Virus record (IMG/VR): IMGVR_UViG_3300009187_000024
Direction: 5' to 3' (one strand)
Source: an uncultured virus (IMG/VR IMGVR_UViG_3300009187_000024)
Taxonomy: Duplodnaviria; Heunggongvirae; Uroviricota; Caudoviricetes
DNA: 20,000 nt
Below, in pieces: positions 7,399 through 15,825 of the stretch. Within the stretch, counting starts at the first letter, position 1. Each line of letters starts with the position of its first letter. The notes beneath the pieces are model-generated. The model saw only the letters and a program-made list of their open reading frames with translations. It had not been told where the DNA came from and searched no databases. The position numbers and the translations under genes are program-made.

Positions 7399-7662
7399 TC
7401 AAAACATCTCACGCCCACCGTCTGGCCAATCATCTTCTTCGTCTTCGTCGTTTTCGTCGAATTCAATCAAGCCCATTTCTTTGAAGACTTCTTTCAACAC
7501 CGGATCCGAGCTGTCACATTCGTCTAAGGTGTCGCAGTCATGGTCCGCGAATATTCCGAGAATAATTGAATAGAGTAGTTTACGATCTTCAGGATCGTCT
7601 ACAATGTTAAAAATGGTTTCCGCAATTTCGTCAAAAATCTTCGATCCTGAACTCCAACCCAT
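7399..7662 (-). CDS. Small, highly acidic hypothetical protein
   Basis: TAATG coupling to nrdB; hand count 28 D/E versus 6 K/R in 87 aa. Confidence 0.7.
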   Translation of the reverse strand: MGWSSGSKIFDEIAETIFNIVDDPEDRKLLYSIILGIFADHDCDTLDECDSSDPVLKEVFKEMGLIEFDENDEDEEDDWPDGGREMF

Positions 7663-8768
7663 TATAATGTCATCCCTTTAAATGTTTCTGTTGATACGTC
7701 TTTCTTCACGCCGCCGACAATATAAGATGTAATCTGAGTCTCCTGCGGTGCGACTTGAACCTCACCTCCGCTGATCCACTTTTGTGTCCAGGGCAGAGGA
7801 TTTGATCCGGTCTTATATAGCGTTGGCAAACCTACAGCCTGCATACGGCGATTTGTAATCCACTCGACGTAATCACAGAGAAGCTGTTTATTCAAACCGA
7901 TCATAGAACCGTTCTTGAAAAGATATTCAGCCCAAGCTTTCTCCTGCTCGGCAGCAGATTTGAACATCGCCACGCAATCATCACGAGTTTCTTCTTTGAT
8001 TAACGCAAAATCGGGATCATCCTGAGGAAGAACCTTGAGCAGCTGCTGAGTTCCTGCTAGGTGAAGGTTCTCGTCACGAGCAATCAACTTGATGATCTTC
8101 GCATTGCCTTCCATCTTCTTCAATTCAGCGAATGCCCAGGAACAAGCAAAGCTGACGTAAAAACGAATGCCTTCAAGAATATTGACCGAGGTAAGAGCCA
8201 TCCAGAGCGCACGCTTGTGATGATAAGGCGATGGGGTGTTATGAGCATGCCAATTCAATGCCGCACGTTGATTCAGATCAATCAGATCGTCGTAGTACAA
8301 GCTGATATCCTTGGCGCAATCAACAATCTCCTGCATATCAAGGATGTCGTCAAGAACCTTAGACGGATCGCTATAGACATTACGAATGATATGTGTATAT
8401 GAACGTGAATGAACAGACTCGCTGAACGTCCAGGCGATAATCCAGTTCTCGAGTTCTGGAAGCGAAGCAATAGGGCTGAAAGCTGCCGTTGGCGCGCGAC
8501 CCTGAACCGAATCAAGAAGAATCTGTCGCTTCAAGTTGCTGGTGAAGATGTGTTGCTCGTTCTTCGTCAAGTCGCGAAAATCCTTGGTATCGCGAGTCAG
8601 GTCAACTTCTTCCGGAACCCAGAAGAATCCCATCTGCTGCCGAGTCAGCTTCTCTAGGAACGGATACTTCTGTTTATCAAATCTAGCAATGGTTGGAGCA
8701 TTATCAAAAAATGCTCTAGCCTTCAGGTGATCCTTCTTGTTGCTAGAATCGAATACGTTGTAAGTCAT
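7662..8768 (-). CDS. nrdB: Ribonucleotide reductase class Ia beta subunit
   Basis: FFWVPEE, LLDSVQGR, ESVHSRSY (radical Tyr), LEGIRFY, RDENLH, VAPQETQITSY. Start revised to MTYNVF at 8768. Confidence 0.95.
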   Translation of the reverse strand: MTYNVFDSSNKKDHLKARAFFDNAPTIARFDKQKYPFLEKLTRQQMGFFWVPEEVDLTRDTKDFRDLTKNEQHIFTSNLKRQILLDSVQGRAPTAAFSPIASLPELENWIIAWTFSESVHSRSYTHIIRNVYSDPSKVLDDILDMQEIVDCAKDISLYYDDLIDLNQRAALNWHAHNTPSPYHHKRALWMALTSVNILEGIRFYVSFACSWAFAELKKMEGNAKIIKLIARDENLHLAGTQQLLKVLPQDDPDFALIKEETRDDCVAMFKSAAEQEKAWAEYLFKNGSMIGLNKQLLCDYVEWITNRRMQAVGLPTLYKTGSNPLPWTQKWISGGEVQVAPQETQITSYIVGGVKKDVSTETFKGMTL

Positions 8769-8770
8769 TT

Positions 8771-8968
8771 CTATTTTCTTCCGATTGTAATGTTTTTGTC
8801 TGCTTTTATATCTCTGTTCGACCAAGTCCAACATTCACCGGTTTCGTTCTGAAAACAAACCCACATCAAATCGTGCTCGATTCCATAATCAATCAAAACA
8901 TGCGCCAGCCCCTTGCCGAGAGGTGTTACTATTGGCAAGGGTGGATTTAGCTGTATTAGATTTTGCAT
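8771..8968 (-). CDS. Small hypothetical phage protein between nrdA and nrdB
   Basis: Fills the nrdA-nrdB gap exactly; globular-looking sequence (QLNPPLP...IDYG...WVCF...GECWTW). Confidence 0.65.
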   Translation of the reverse strand: MQNLIQLNPPLPIVTPLGKGLAHVLIDYGIEHDLMWVCFQNETGECWTWSNRDIKADKNITIGRK

Positions 8969-11241
8969 GCGTCACAATCCTCTTCAACAATAACTCCAGA
9001 CAAAGGTTTTGGAGTTTCGATGTGTTCGCCAGCGCCGTCAGCAGTATTAAAGTAGTAAAGCTGCTTTCCGCCATAACGATAGAACATCACGATATGTTTG
9101 ACCAGTTCGGACATAGGTATCTGCTCTTCCTCATAGAACTTTGGATTGTATGAAGTGTTGACAGAGATACCCTGATCGATAAACTTCTGTAGCACAGCGC
9201 AAATCTTCAAGTAGCCTTCCGGAGACTTTTGATCCCAGAGCAGGTCATACTTATTCTTCAGCTTTCGGACCTCGGGAACGACTTGCTTCAGGACGCCATC
9301 CTTAGATTGCTTGACCGAAACAAGCGAACGCGGAGGCTCAATACCATTGGTTGAATTGCTAACCTGCGCAGAAGTTTCGGCAGGCATCAAAGCCATAAGT
9401 GTCGAGTTACGAATACCGTGTTCGCTAACCATTTCGCGAAGCAGGTTCCAATCCATATTATAAACCGGATGTGCTAGTTCGTCAACTTCTTTTTTGTAAG
9501 TGTTGATAGGAAACTGACCGTAATGGTAATGAGTTTCCTGAGACAGAGAACATTGCCCACGCTCGCGAGCGAGCTCGACAGATGCCTTGATCAGATAATA
9601 AGACCATGCTTCCGCATACTGATGAATCTTTTGAAGACCTTCCTGAGTTATATACTGATAGCTAAGGTCGTTACGAGCAAGCCAGTAAGCAAAATTGACA
9701 ATACCAACTCCAAGCGGTCTTCTCGACATTGTAGATCTTTTTGCTGCCGCGACCGGATAATCCTGATAATCGAGGAGCTCGTCCAATGCACGGACGATAA
9801 GAGAGCAAGGACGTTCAAAATCACTAGGATCACGAATCTTTCCCCAATTGATGGCAGCTAGTGTGCATAAAGATATCTCTCCGTTTTCATCATCAAGGTT
9901 ATTTAGAGGCTTGGTCGGAAGATCGATCTCACAGCAAAGATTTGACTGCTTGATTGGTGCCTTGAACTTATCAAAAGCACCGTGATCGTTCGCGTGATCA
10001 ACGTTCATCAGATAGATACGTCCAGTATCTTTTCTCTCTTGAACGAAAGCCGAGAACAGATCAATCGCCGCTACGGTCTTCTTCCTGATATTCGGATTGT
10101 TTTCCGCTTCAATATACAGTTCGCGGAAACGATCGTTATCAACAAAGAATGCGTCGTAAAGATCAGGAACATCATTAGGACTGAACAGAGTGATGTTTCC
10201 ACCAGTCAGAAGTCGCTCATACATCACCTTGTTGAACTGAATACCATAATCAAGATTACGTATACGGTTTTCTTCGGTTCCCTTGTTGTTCTTCAGAACA
10301 AGCAGGTCTTCAACCTCTAGATGCCATACAGGATAATAGAGGGTTGCTGCTCCACCACGTACACCGCCCTGTGAACATGACTTGACTGCTGCTTGGAAAA
10401 GCTTGTAGAAAGGAATGACCCCAGTATGAGAAGCATCGCCGTTCCGAATAGCGCTCCCAATAGCACGAATCCTACCTGCGCCAATACCGATGCCGGCTTT
10501 CTGCGAGACATACTTGACAATCGAGCTCGTTGTTGCATTGATTGAATCTAACGAATCATCTGTTTCAATTAGTACACAAGAAGAAAATTGGCGCTGGGGT
10601 GTTCGTAGACCAGCCATGATAGGTGTAGGCAGGGAAATCTCGAACGTAGATACTGCATCGTAAAATTCCTTTACATATTTCAGACGAGTTTCTTTAGGAT
10701 AGCGACGGAAAAGGGTCATCGCGATAAGCATGATTGCCATCTGTGGAGTTTCATAGAACTCACCAGTGACACGGTTCTTTACAAGGTACTTACCACGAAA
10801 TTGTTCCATACCAGCGTAGACAATATCAAAATCACGATCGTGATCGATTTGCTTGTTGAGCCAATGTAGATCCTCTACTGTGTAGAGATCGCGGATTTCC
10901 TTATCATAATATTCCTTTTCAACAATATTGTCAACGTGAATACCAAAATGAATAGGATCGGGTTGACCATACACTTCCTTGCGTAGATTGTAGTTGATCA
11001 AACGAGAAGCAACATACTGATAGTTTGGATACTCTTCTGAAATCAATTCAGAAGCTGCCTTGATCAGAGTTTCATGAATATCTGTAGATTTTATCTTATC
11101 GTAGAACTGAACTCGAGACTTCAATTCGATTTCGCTGGCAGAAACGTTATTAAGATCTTCGCAAGCCCAGGCTACGACACGATGGAACTTGTTTAGATCT
11201 AATGGCTCAAGCTTGCCGTCTCTTTTTGTTACTCTGATCAT
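8956..11241 (-). CDS. nrdA: Ribonucleotide reductase class Ia alpha subunit with ATP cone
   Basis: VTKRDG ATP cone, QFSSCVLI, SNLCCEI, ISLCTL, PAETS, LYY and C-terminal CDAC. Confidence 0.97.
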   Translation of the reverse strand: MIRVTKRDGKLEPLDLNKFHRVVAWACEDLNNVSASEIELKSRVQFYDKIKSTDIHETLIKAASELISEEYPNYQYVASRLINYNLRKEVYGQPDPIHFGIHVDNIVEKEYYDKEIRDLYTVEDLHWLNKQIDHDRDFDIVYAGMEQFRGKYLVKNRVTGEFYETPQMAIMLIAMTLFRRYPKETRLKYVKEFYDAVSTFEISLPTPIMAGLRTPQRQFSSCVLIETDDSLDSINATTSSIVKYVSQKAGIGIGAGRIRAIGSAIRNGDASHTGVIPFYKLFQAAVKSCSQGGVRGGAATLYYPVWHLEVEDLLVLKNNKGTEENRIRNLDYGIQFNKVMYERLLTGGNITLFSPNDVPDLYDAFFVDNDRFRELYIEAENNPNIRKKTVAAIDLFSAFVQERKDTGRIYLMNVDHANDHGAFDKFKAPIKQSNLCCEIDLPTKPLNNLDDENGEISLCTLAAINWGKIRDPSDFERPCSLIVRALDELLDYQDYPVAAAKRSTMSRRPLGVGIVNFAYWLARNDLSYQYITQEGLQKIHQYAEAWSYYLIKASVELARERGQCSLSQETHYHYGQFPINTYKKEVDELAHPVYNMDWNLLREMVSEHGIRNSTLMALMPAETSAQVSNSTNGIEPPRSLVSVKQSKDGVLKQVVPEVRKLKNKYDLLWDQKSPEGYLKICAVLQKFIDQGISVNTSYNPKFYEEEQIPMSELVKHIVMFYRYGGKQLYYFNTADGAGEHIETPKPLSGVIVEEDCDACKI

Positions 11242-11247
11242 GTATTA

Positions 11248-11898
11248 TTATCTTTCTGTTAGAAACTTGAAAAGAAAAGTCAGCTCATTCCAAGCAGACT
11301 CAGCTACTTTCCTATGCTCCTTCTGTGTGCCATTTTCCATACGCAGCTCGCAATAATGAATCCAGGAACGAAGAGTGCCGTTCATATACATACGAGAACG
11401 AGTCAAACCTTCGGGGAGTACTGCTCGGGCTTGTTCTTTAGCAATGCCGTTTTCGATCGCCCATTCGTATGCATATCTAGTCATTACAATAATGTCTTCT
11501 TGCAAATGATCCCAGTTGTTTTTCAACTCGCTGTTATCAGTTTCAATACTGTTCTGACGGTTCTTCGTGTCCTGAAGTCTTGTTTCTCGAGTTACGAACC
11601 CAAGATCCTTTGTAGGATCAGCATACCGTTGTGAAAATTCTTGAAACGAGAATGAACGATGACGTAGAATCTGTCGAGCAATGTCACGAGTGGTATCTAT
11701 CTCCATAACTACGTTAACCATCTCGAAAATCGAGAAGTGTTTGTTCTTGATACAATATCTAAGCAGCTTTTCTGATGTCTCTATGTTCATCTGGTTTGAT
11801 GGATTAGAGACTCGTGCCGCGTAGGCAATAAACTTATCCGCCGTATCAACCCCATCAATCAGAGGGTTAGTGATTGCTACTATCTTTGCTGTGTTCAT
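11248..11898 (-). CDS. thyX: Flavin-dependent thymidylate synthase
   Basis: HFSIFE, QILRHRSFSFQEFSQRY (RHRX7S signature), EQARAVLP, TQKEHR. Confidence 0.95.
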   Translation of the reverse strand: MNTAKIVAITNPLIDGVDTADKFIAYAARVSNPSNQMNIETSEKLLRYCIKNKHFSIFEMVNVVMEIDTTRDIARQILRHRSFSFQEFSQRYADPTKDLGFVTRETRLQDTKNRQNSIETDNSELKNNWDHLQEDIIVMTRYAYEWAIENGIAKEQARAVLPEGLTRSRMYMNGTLRSWIHYCELRMENGTQKEHRKVAESAWNELTFLFKFLTER

Positions 11899-12107
11899 TT
11901 AGGGAATAACCTCCAAGCTTTAACCCAAGTGCGATGCATTTCATCTTCCTTTACAATCTCTTCAGCCAACTCTTTTGAATGTGTCGTACAGACAACACAC
12001 TTGAAATCTGATTGATCTTGAGCAATCGACCAATATTCTAGGATAACATACTCAACTGCCCATTCAAGACCTTTCGGCGGTTGTCGGTAATAAACGAGAC
12101 GACCCAT
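11895..12107 (-). CDS. Small hypothetical protein
   Basis: Likely start is the ATG at 12107 (TAATG overlap with the primase stop); ends in a 4-nt overlap with thyX. Confidence 0.55.
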   Translation of the reverse strand: MGRLVYYRQPPKGLEWAVEYVILEYWSIAQDQSDFKCVVCTTHSKELAEEIVKEDEMHRTWVKAWRLFPK

Positions 12108-13132
12108 TACGCTTTGCTCCACATGTTCAATGCCAGCTTGGCTCGCAGGTCATTGTACGTATGAGTGTCAATAATATATCGAACAAAATCAGTACTGAGA
12201 CCTGCCAAGATCATGTCATTCACATCCTTATGCTCAAGGTTAGATGGCCAGATACATACATTATACCCGTTAATGATAGCCTTGTCAAGCTTTTTCTTTG
12301 TGGTAACTGATCTTGGCTCGTTATCGTAAACAACAACCAGATTCTTCTTAGGAAGATCTTTCACTGTTGAAACAAGATCGCCACCAGCAGTAGCAATGCT
12401 GTTTGACACAAACATTGAATCAATCGGACCCTCGAATACGTATGTTTTCTTATTGAAGTCGACTGAGTCTAGACCATACACCTTGGGTGTTGTTTCATCG
12501 TTGACAATAGTTATATAGCGCGTCTTGCTTTTACCACCAAGAGCTCGACCCTGAAACGCATGCATATTCTTTTCTGTATCAAAGAACGGAATCATCAGCC
12601 TAGGTTCGTCATAGAGCAAAGAAACGTCATCAAACTTACCTGGAATGATCTCGTTCGCCCAAGTAAAGAACTTAGGGCAAAAGAACATCTTTGCGTGATA
12701 TGGATTGGGGATTTGACGGTTTGATACAAAAATTTTACAAGGATGATCAGCGCTCAGCTGACTTACCTTTTTCAAACTCTTCAGAGGACCAGACTTTAAA
12801 AATACTGGCTTCTTCATCTTCTCAATGAAATCTTCGAGATCTTTCTGCTGAGGAGACTTCTCATGTTTTAGTTTTTCAAGACTGAACTCAGAATACAGCT
12901 GAAAATCTAGGTTCTTCAGAAAGTTGTTAAAATTGTAAGTTATCTCACAATTGTGACAATGAAACATTGTGTTACCTTTTTTGGTATACACATAGCCGCG
13001 AGCTCTCTTCCTGTCTGACTCAGAGTCGCCACAGAATGGGCAGGAAAAGCAGTAAAGTGTTGATGACTTACGCTTGTAGTTTCGAAGTCGATTTGATACT
13101 AAACCGATGTACTTTGTTTCTAACCAGTGCAT
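12107..13132 (-). CDS. 61: T4 gp61-like DNA primase
   Basis: Zn-binding CPFCGDS...FHCHNC, FQGRAL, VYGLD, TOPRIM FEGPIDS, YDNEPR, KDVNDM. Confidence 0.93.
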   Translation of the reverse strand: MHWLETKYIGLVSNRLRNYKRKSSTLYCFSCPFCGDSESDRKRARGYVYTKKGNTMFHCHNCEITYNFNNFLKNLDFQLYSEFSLEKLKHEKSPQQKDLEDFIEKMKKPVFLKSGPLKSLKKVSQLSADHPCKIFVSNRQIPNPYHAKMFFCPKFFTWANEIIPGKFDDVSLLYDEPRLMIPFFDTEKNMHAFQGRALGGKSKTRYITIVNDETTPKVYGLDSVDFNKKTYVFEGPIDSMFVSNSIATAGGDLVSTVKDLPKKNLVVVYDNEPRSVTTKKKLDKAIINGYNVCIWPSNLEHKDVNDMILAGLSTDFVRYIIDTHTYNDLRAKLALNMWSKA

Positions 13133-13161
13133 TTCCCATATCCATCATCATCACATTACTG

Positions 13162-13190
13162 ATTATACCGGAATTCTGGAAAAAAGCAAG
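13162..13190 (-). promoter_or_regulatory. Sigma70-like early/middle promoter TTGCTT-N16-TATAAT for the primase-thyX-nrd block
   Basis: Intergenic minus strand reads CTTGCTTTTTTCCAGAATTCCGGTATAAT, 30 nt upstream of the primase ATG. Confidence 0.65.
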
Positions 13191-13197
13191 AACTATT

Positions 13198-13554
13198 TTA
13201 GTGCAAAAACTTATTCAACAATATAGGAGCTGCCCAACTTACTACCGTAGCAGCGCCGACAGCCATCCACATCGTTTTTTGAATCGCTTCGATTTTGACG
13301 TTCTGTTCAATGTGTTGCTTTGTAGAGCTTTCGCGAAGCATATTTGTTTCGGTTCTAATCGTGCTGTAAACATCTTTCAAAATGTTATCAACTTCGGTTC
13401 TACGTTTGTCTATTGAAGCAGCAATGTTATCCGCGTTTTTTTCTTGTTGAATGATTCTGTGTTCGTGGACAGCAAGCATTTTTGAAAGATCAGAAGCGAC
13501 GATCGCTAATCTTGAAATTGCGTCGTCAATTTTGTCTATACGGTCTTCTGACAT
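13198..13554 (-). CDS. Coiled-coil protein with a single C-terminal transmembrane helix (XhlA/holin-like architecture)
   Basis: Heptad-rich helix followed by hydrophobic MWMAVGAATVVSWAAPILL. Confidence 0.6.
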   Translation of the reverse strand: MSEDRIDKIDDAISRLAIVASDLSKMLAVHEHRIIQQEKNADNIAASIDKRRTEVDNILKDVYSTIRTETNMLRESSTKQHIEQNVKIEAIQKTMWMAVGAATVVSWAAPILLNKFLH

Positions 13555-13724
13555 TATTTTATCAACTTTCTTTTGAATAGTGGAAAAAGCTGGCGAAGTT
13601 TTTTTTTCTTCGGTTTACCAGGCGGTTCGCCTTCTTTACCAACACCAAGCGCAGCGTTACTACCACTTCCTACATTATTGAATGCTGGAACCGATGCCGT
13701 ATCTTCTTCGATCTTTTTATCCAT
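13554..13724 (-). CDS. Small 56-aa protein not in the ORF track (possibly T4 gp61.1-like)
   Basis: MDKKIEEDTASVPAFNNVGSGNAALGVGKEGEPPGKPKKKKLRQLFPLFKRKLIK*; 8-nt overlap upstream, TAATG coupling downstream, fills the gap exactly. Confidence 0.7.
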   Translation of the reverse strand: MDKKIEEDTASVPAFNNVGSGSNAALGVGKEGEPPGKPKKKKLRQLFPLFKRKLIK

Positions 13725-14112
13725 TATTGATTTTCCGTAATGCTGAAACTATAATGATGTCAAGCGGGATTCCATCAGTGTAGACTTTCTTGTGTTCACC
13801 AACATTATTTATAACTTCAGGTAATGCATTGATCATAATCAAAAAGGGTTTGATGTGATGAAACTGTTTCTCAGCTTTTAGAAACAGAATCTTAGCAAGA
13901 TGAACATTGAAACAATTGTGGAGAGTGATGACGTGATTGAGAATCAACCGCTCTTTCAACTCTCCAGTTTCTTTGTATCTTGTAATCAACTTCTTGATGT
14001 ACTTTATTCTGTCAAGATCTTCCATAAACTCGTCTGTAGAAGTCATACCAGGATTATCATACACTTTCGCGCAGTAAATCAAAAAGTTCTCATCAGTCAA
14101 ATGTTCATTCAT
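13717..14112 (-). CDS. Conserved T4-like phage hypothetical protein
   Basis: NFLIYCAKVYDNP...EFMEDLDRIKYIKKL...LKERLILNH pattern recalled from T4-like/cyanomyophage genomes; TAATG coupling to the upstream gene. Confidence 0.7.
   Translation of the reverse strand: MNEHLTDENFLIYCAKVYDNPGMTSTDEFMEDLDRIKYIKKLITRYKETGELKERLILNHVITLHNCFNVHLAKILFLKAEKQFHHIKPFLIMINALPEVINNVGEHKKVYTDGIPLDIIIVSALRKINNG
13806..13813 (-). promoter_or_regulatory. T4-type late promoter TATAAATA (gene-internal)
   Basis: Exact TATTTATA on the + strand, about 80 nt upstream of the 56-aa ORF. Confidence 0.55.
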
Positions 14113-15791
14113 TAGGTAGTTTCATAGATGCCGGAAATATCAAAATGTGATGTATTACCTGTAAACCAACCTACAGGTGTTGTGTTTTTCCAGGCGAGAT
14201 CTGTTGTTGATCCGGTGTAATATAGCCCTAAAACGGAAGCATTGGACGTCACATCAACAATTCCACCAATATGGTATATTGAAGCAGTATTTACGTTATG
14301 AAGTGAACCGCCTCTAATTGAAATTGTCGCAATAGAAGGAAATGGAAGAGTAATTTGATATTGACCGCTACCGTCAGCAAATGAGGACACGTTAGCGTAA
14401 TTCACGTATATGCGGAAATAGCAAAGCTTTCCCGTTTTGATATAATTTCCGGTTTGTGTCATTCCAACAAGAACGTTACCAGTGTTGGTTACAAAATTTG
14501 GACTGAATGATGCAGTTGATGTAGTAAACGCCGTATTTTGGGTTGTATTATCGTTAAATCTGATGCTTGTATTTACAGTCAAATTATCGGCAACGATTGA
14601 TTGACTGTAATCAATACCGTTTAACGATGTGCCGGTAACAGTTGTATTAGTTTTGTCATATACAGAATGAAGAATGGAATAAAATCCGCCCAAACTCATT
14701 CTTGCCACATTTGTTAAACTAGGTATCAACACTTGGGAATTATTTAACGTCAGCACAGAGCCGGCACTCTGAGTTATTGCATTCGCTGTATTAGCTGCGG
14801 CATAAACAATGGTGTCGGAAATTTGCAATGTTCCGGCAGCTAAATTCGTCGGACCCATAGTAACAACTGCTTTAGCCAAAACTGCGGCAGAAGCGTTATT
14901 TACAACAACAGTACCATAATTACCGCCAATCATGACCATTGTGCCGCTACCGCTGATATTCAACGAAGCCGATGATAAATCACAACCTCTAAAATTTACA
15001 TAAGCGTTTGACGTTTTTGTTGCCGCTGTTGATACAGTGCAGCCAATAATATCAACTGATCCTACTGACGAATTTGCTGTAATAACAAGGTTGGTCATTT
15101 TCAGACCATCGATAGTGCAACCGGTAGCAAGAGTTAAAGTACCGGTGAGCGTTGTATTTTTACCTATTAATTCGTGTGTAGTTAAAACGGTATATTGAGT
15201 GTTAATTGTTACATTTTCTGGATAATCACCCGCATGTAGAATAATTGTTTTTCTTTGACCGGCAGCTGTAGTTTCGAAAGCGGCAGCAGCTAATACTTGC
15301 GCTCGCGCAATTGTCTTAACAGGATCTCCAATAGTTCCGTTACCGCTGTCATCAAGCGCGACAGGACTTACGTGAATTTCTGAACTGTATCCCGTGATAT
15401 AAGGACTTACGGCGTCTAAAGCGTTACTGTACGTAATTTGTTTCGTTGTTTCGTTGTACTGCAAAACTCTTTTGGTGGCATACGCAGAAGTCGCGCCGTT
15501 TTGAGATAAAATGTAATTGTTTACAGAAAGGCTAGCATTGATTATTACATTTGCGCTGTGGGTGTGAACACCACTGATTGTATACGCGCCTGCAGTGTTA
15601 ACATAAGAGGTTGATACAACCCCGCCTAGATATGTCGCGTTATTAGCCGTTAAGTTATTAGCAAAATTGGCTACGGTAATCGTTTTTGTATTAGCTGCAC
15701 TCGATGGATTCGATAAGATAACTACCCTGTCATTTGCAGACAGGGTAGTTGTTACCGCTAACTCACTTACTTTTTTAGCGTCATTTGCCAC
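14112..15791 (-). CDS. Tail fibre/tailspike-like virion protein with predicted beta-helix
   Basis: GTG start with AGGAG. N-terminal KKVSEL..TT...NDRVVI; beta-helix entry motif IHVS...DDSGNGTIGDPVKTIARA...TIILHAGDYPENVTI; T/S/N/A/V-rich; C-terminal GNYIKTGKLCYF...ITLPF receptor-binding-like domain. Confidence 0.7.
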   Translation of the reverse strand: MANDAKKVSELAVTTTLSANDRVVILSNPSSAANTKTITVANFANNLTANNATYLGGVVSTSYVNTAGAYTISGVHTHSANVIINASLSVNNYILSQNGATSAYATKRVLQYNETTKQITYSNALDAVSPYITGYSSEIHVSPVALDDSGNGTIGDPVKTIARAQVLAAAAFETTAAGQRKTIILHAGDYPENVTINTQYTVLTTHELIGKNTTLTGTLTLATGCTIDGLKMTNLVITANSSVGSVDIIGCTVSTAATKTSNAYVNFRGCDLSSASLNISGSGTMVMIGGNYGTVVVNNASAAVLAKAVVTMGPTNLAAGTLQISDTIVYAAANTANAITQSAGSVLTLNNSQVLIPSLTNVARMSLGGFYSILHSVYDKTNTTVTGTSLNGIDYSQSIVADNLTVNTSIRFNDNTTQNTAFTTSTASFSPNFVTNTGNVLVGMTQTGNYIKTGKLCYFRIYVNYANVSSFADGSGQYQITLPFPSIATISIRGGSLHNVNTASIYHIGGIVDVTSNASVLGLYYTGSTTDLAWKNTTPVGWFTGNTSHFDISGIYETT

Positions 15792-15817
15792 AGTTAAACA
15801 CTCCTAGATTTTAGTAG

Positions 15818-15825
15818 TATTTATT
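15818..15825 (-). promoter_or_regulatory. Candidate late promoter (AATAAATA)
   Basis: 7/8 match at the gene junction, 27 nt upstream of the GTG start at 15791. Confidence 0.5.

Noticed and set aside
8769..8834. 22-aa N-terminal extension of nrdB in the track
   Set aside because: It overlaps the 65-aa ORF, and NrdB similarity begins at MTYNVF (8768).
7662..11898. Possible introns or inteins in nrdA, nrdB or thyX (common T4-like insertion sites)
   Set aside because: All three are uninterrupted, of normal length, with contiguous catalytic motifs.
13599..13607. T9 run (A9 on the coding strand) as a frameshift or phase-variation site
   Set aside because: It encodes in-frame Lys codons of the 56-aa ORF, which ends in a clean TAATG coupling.
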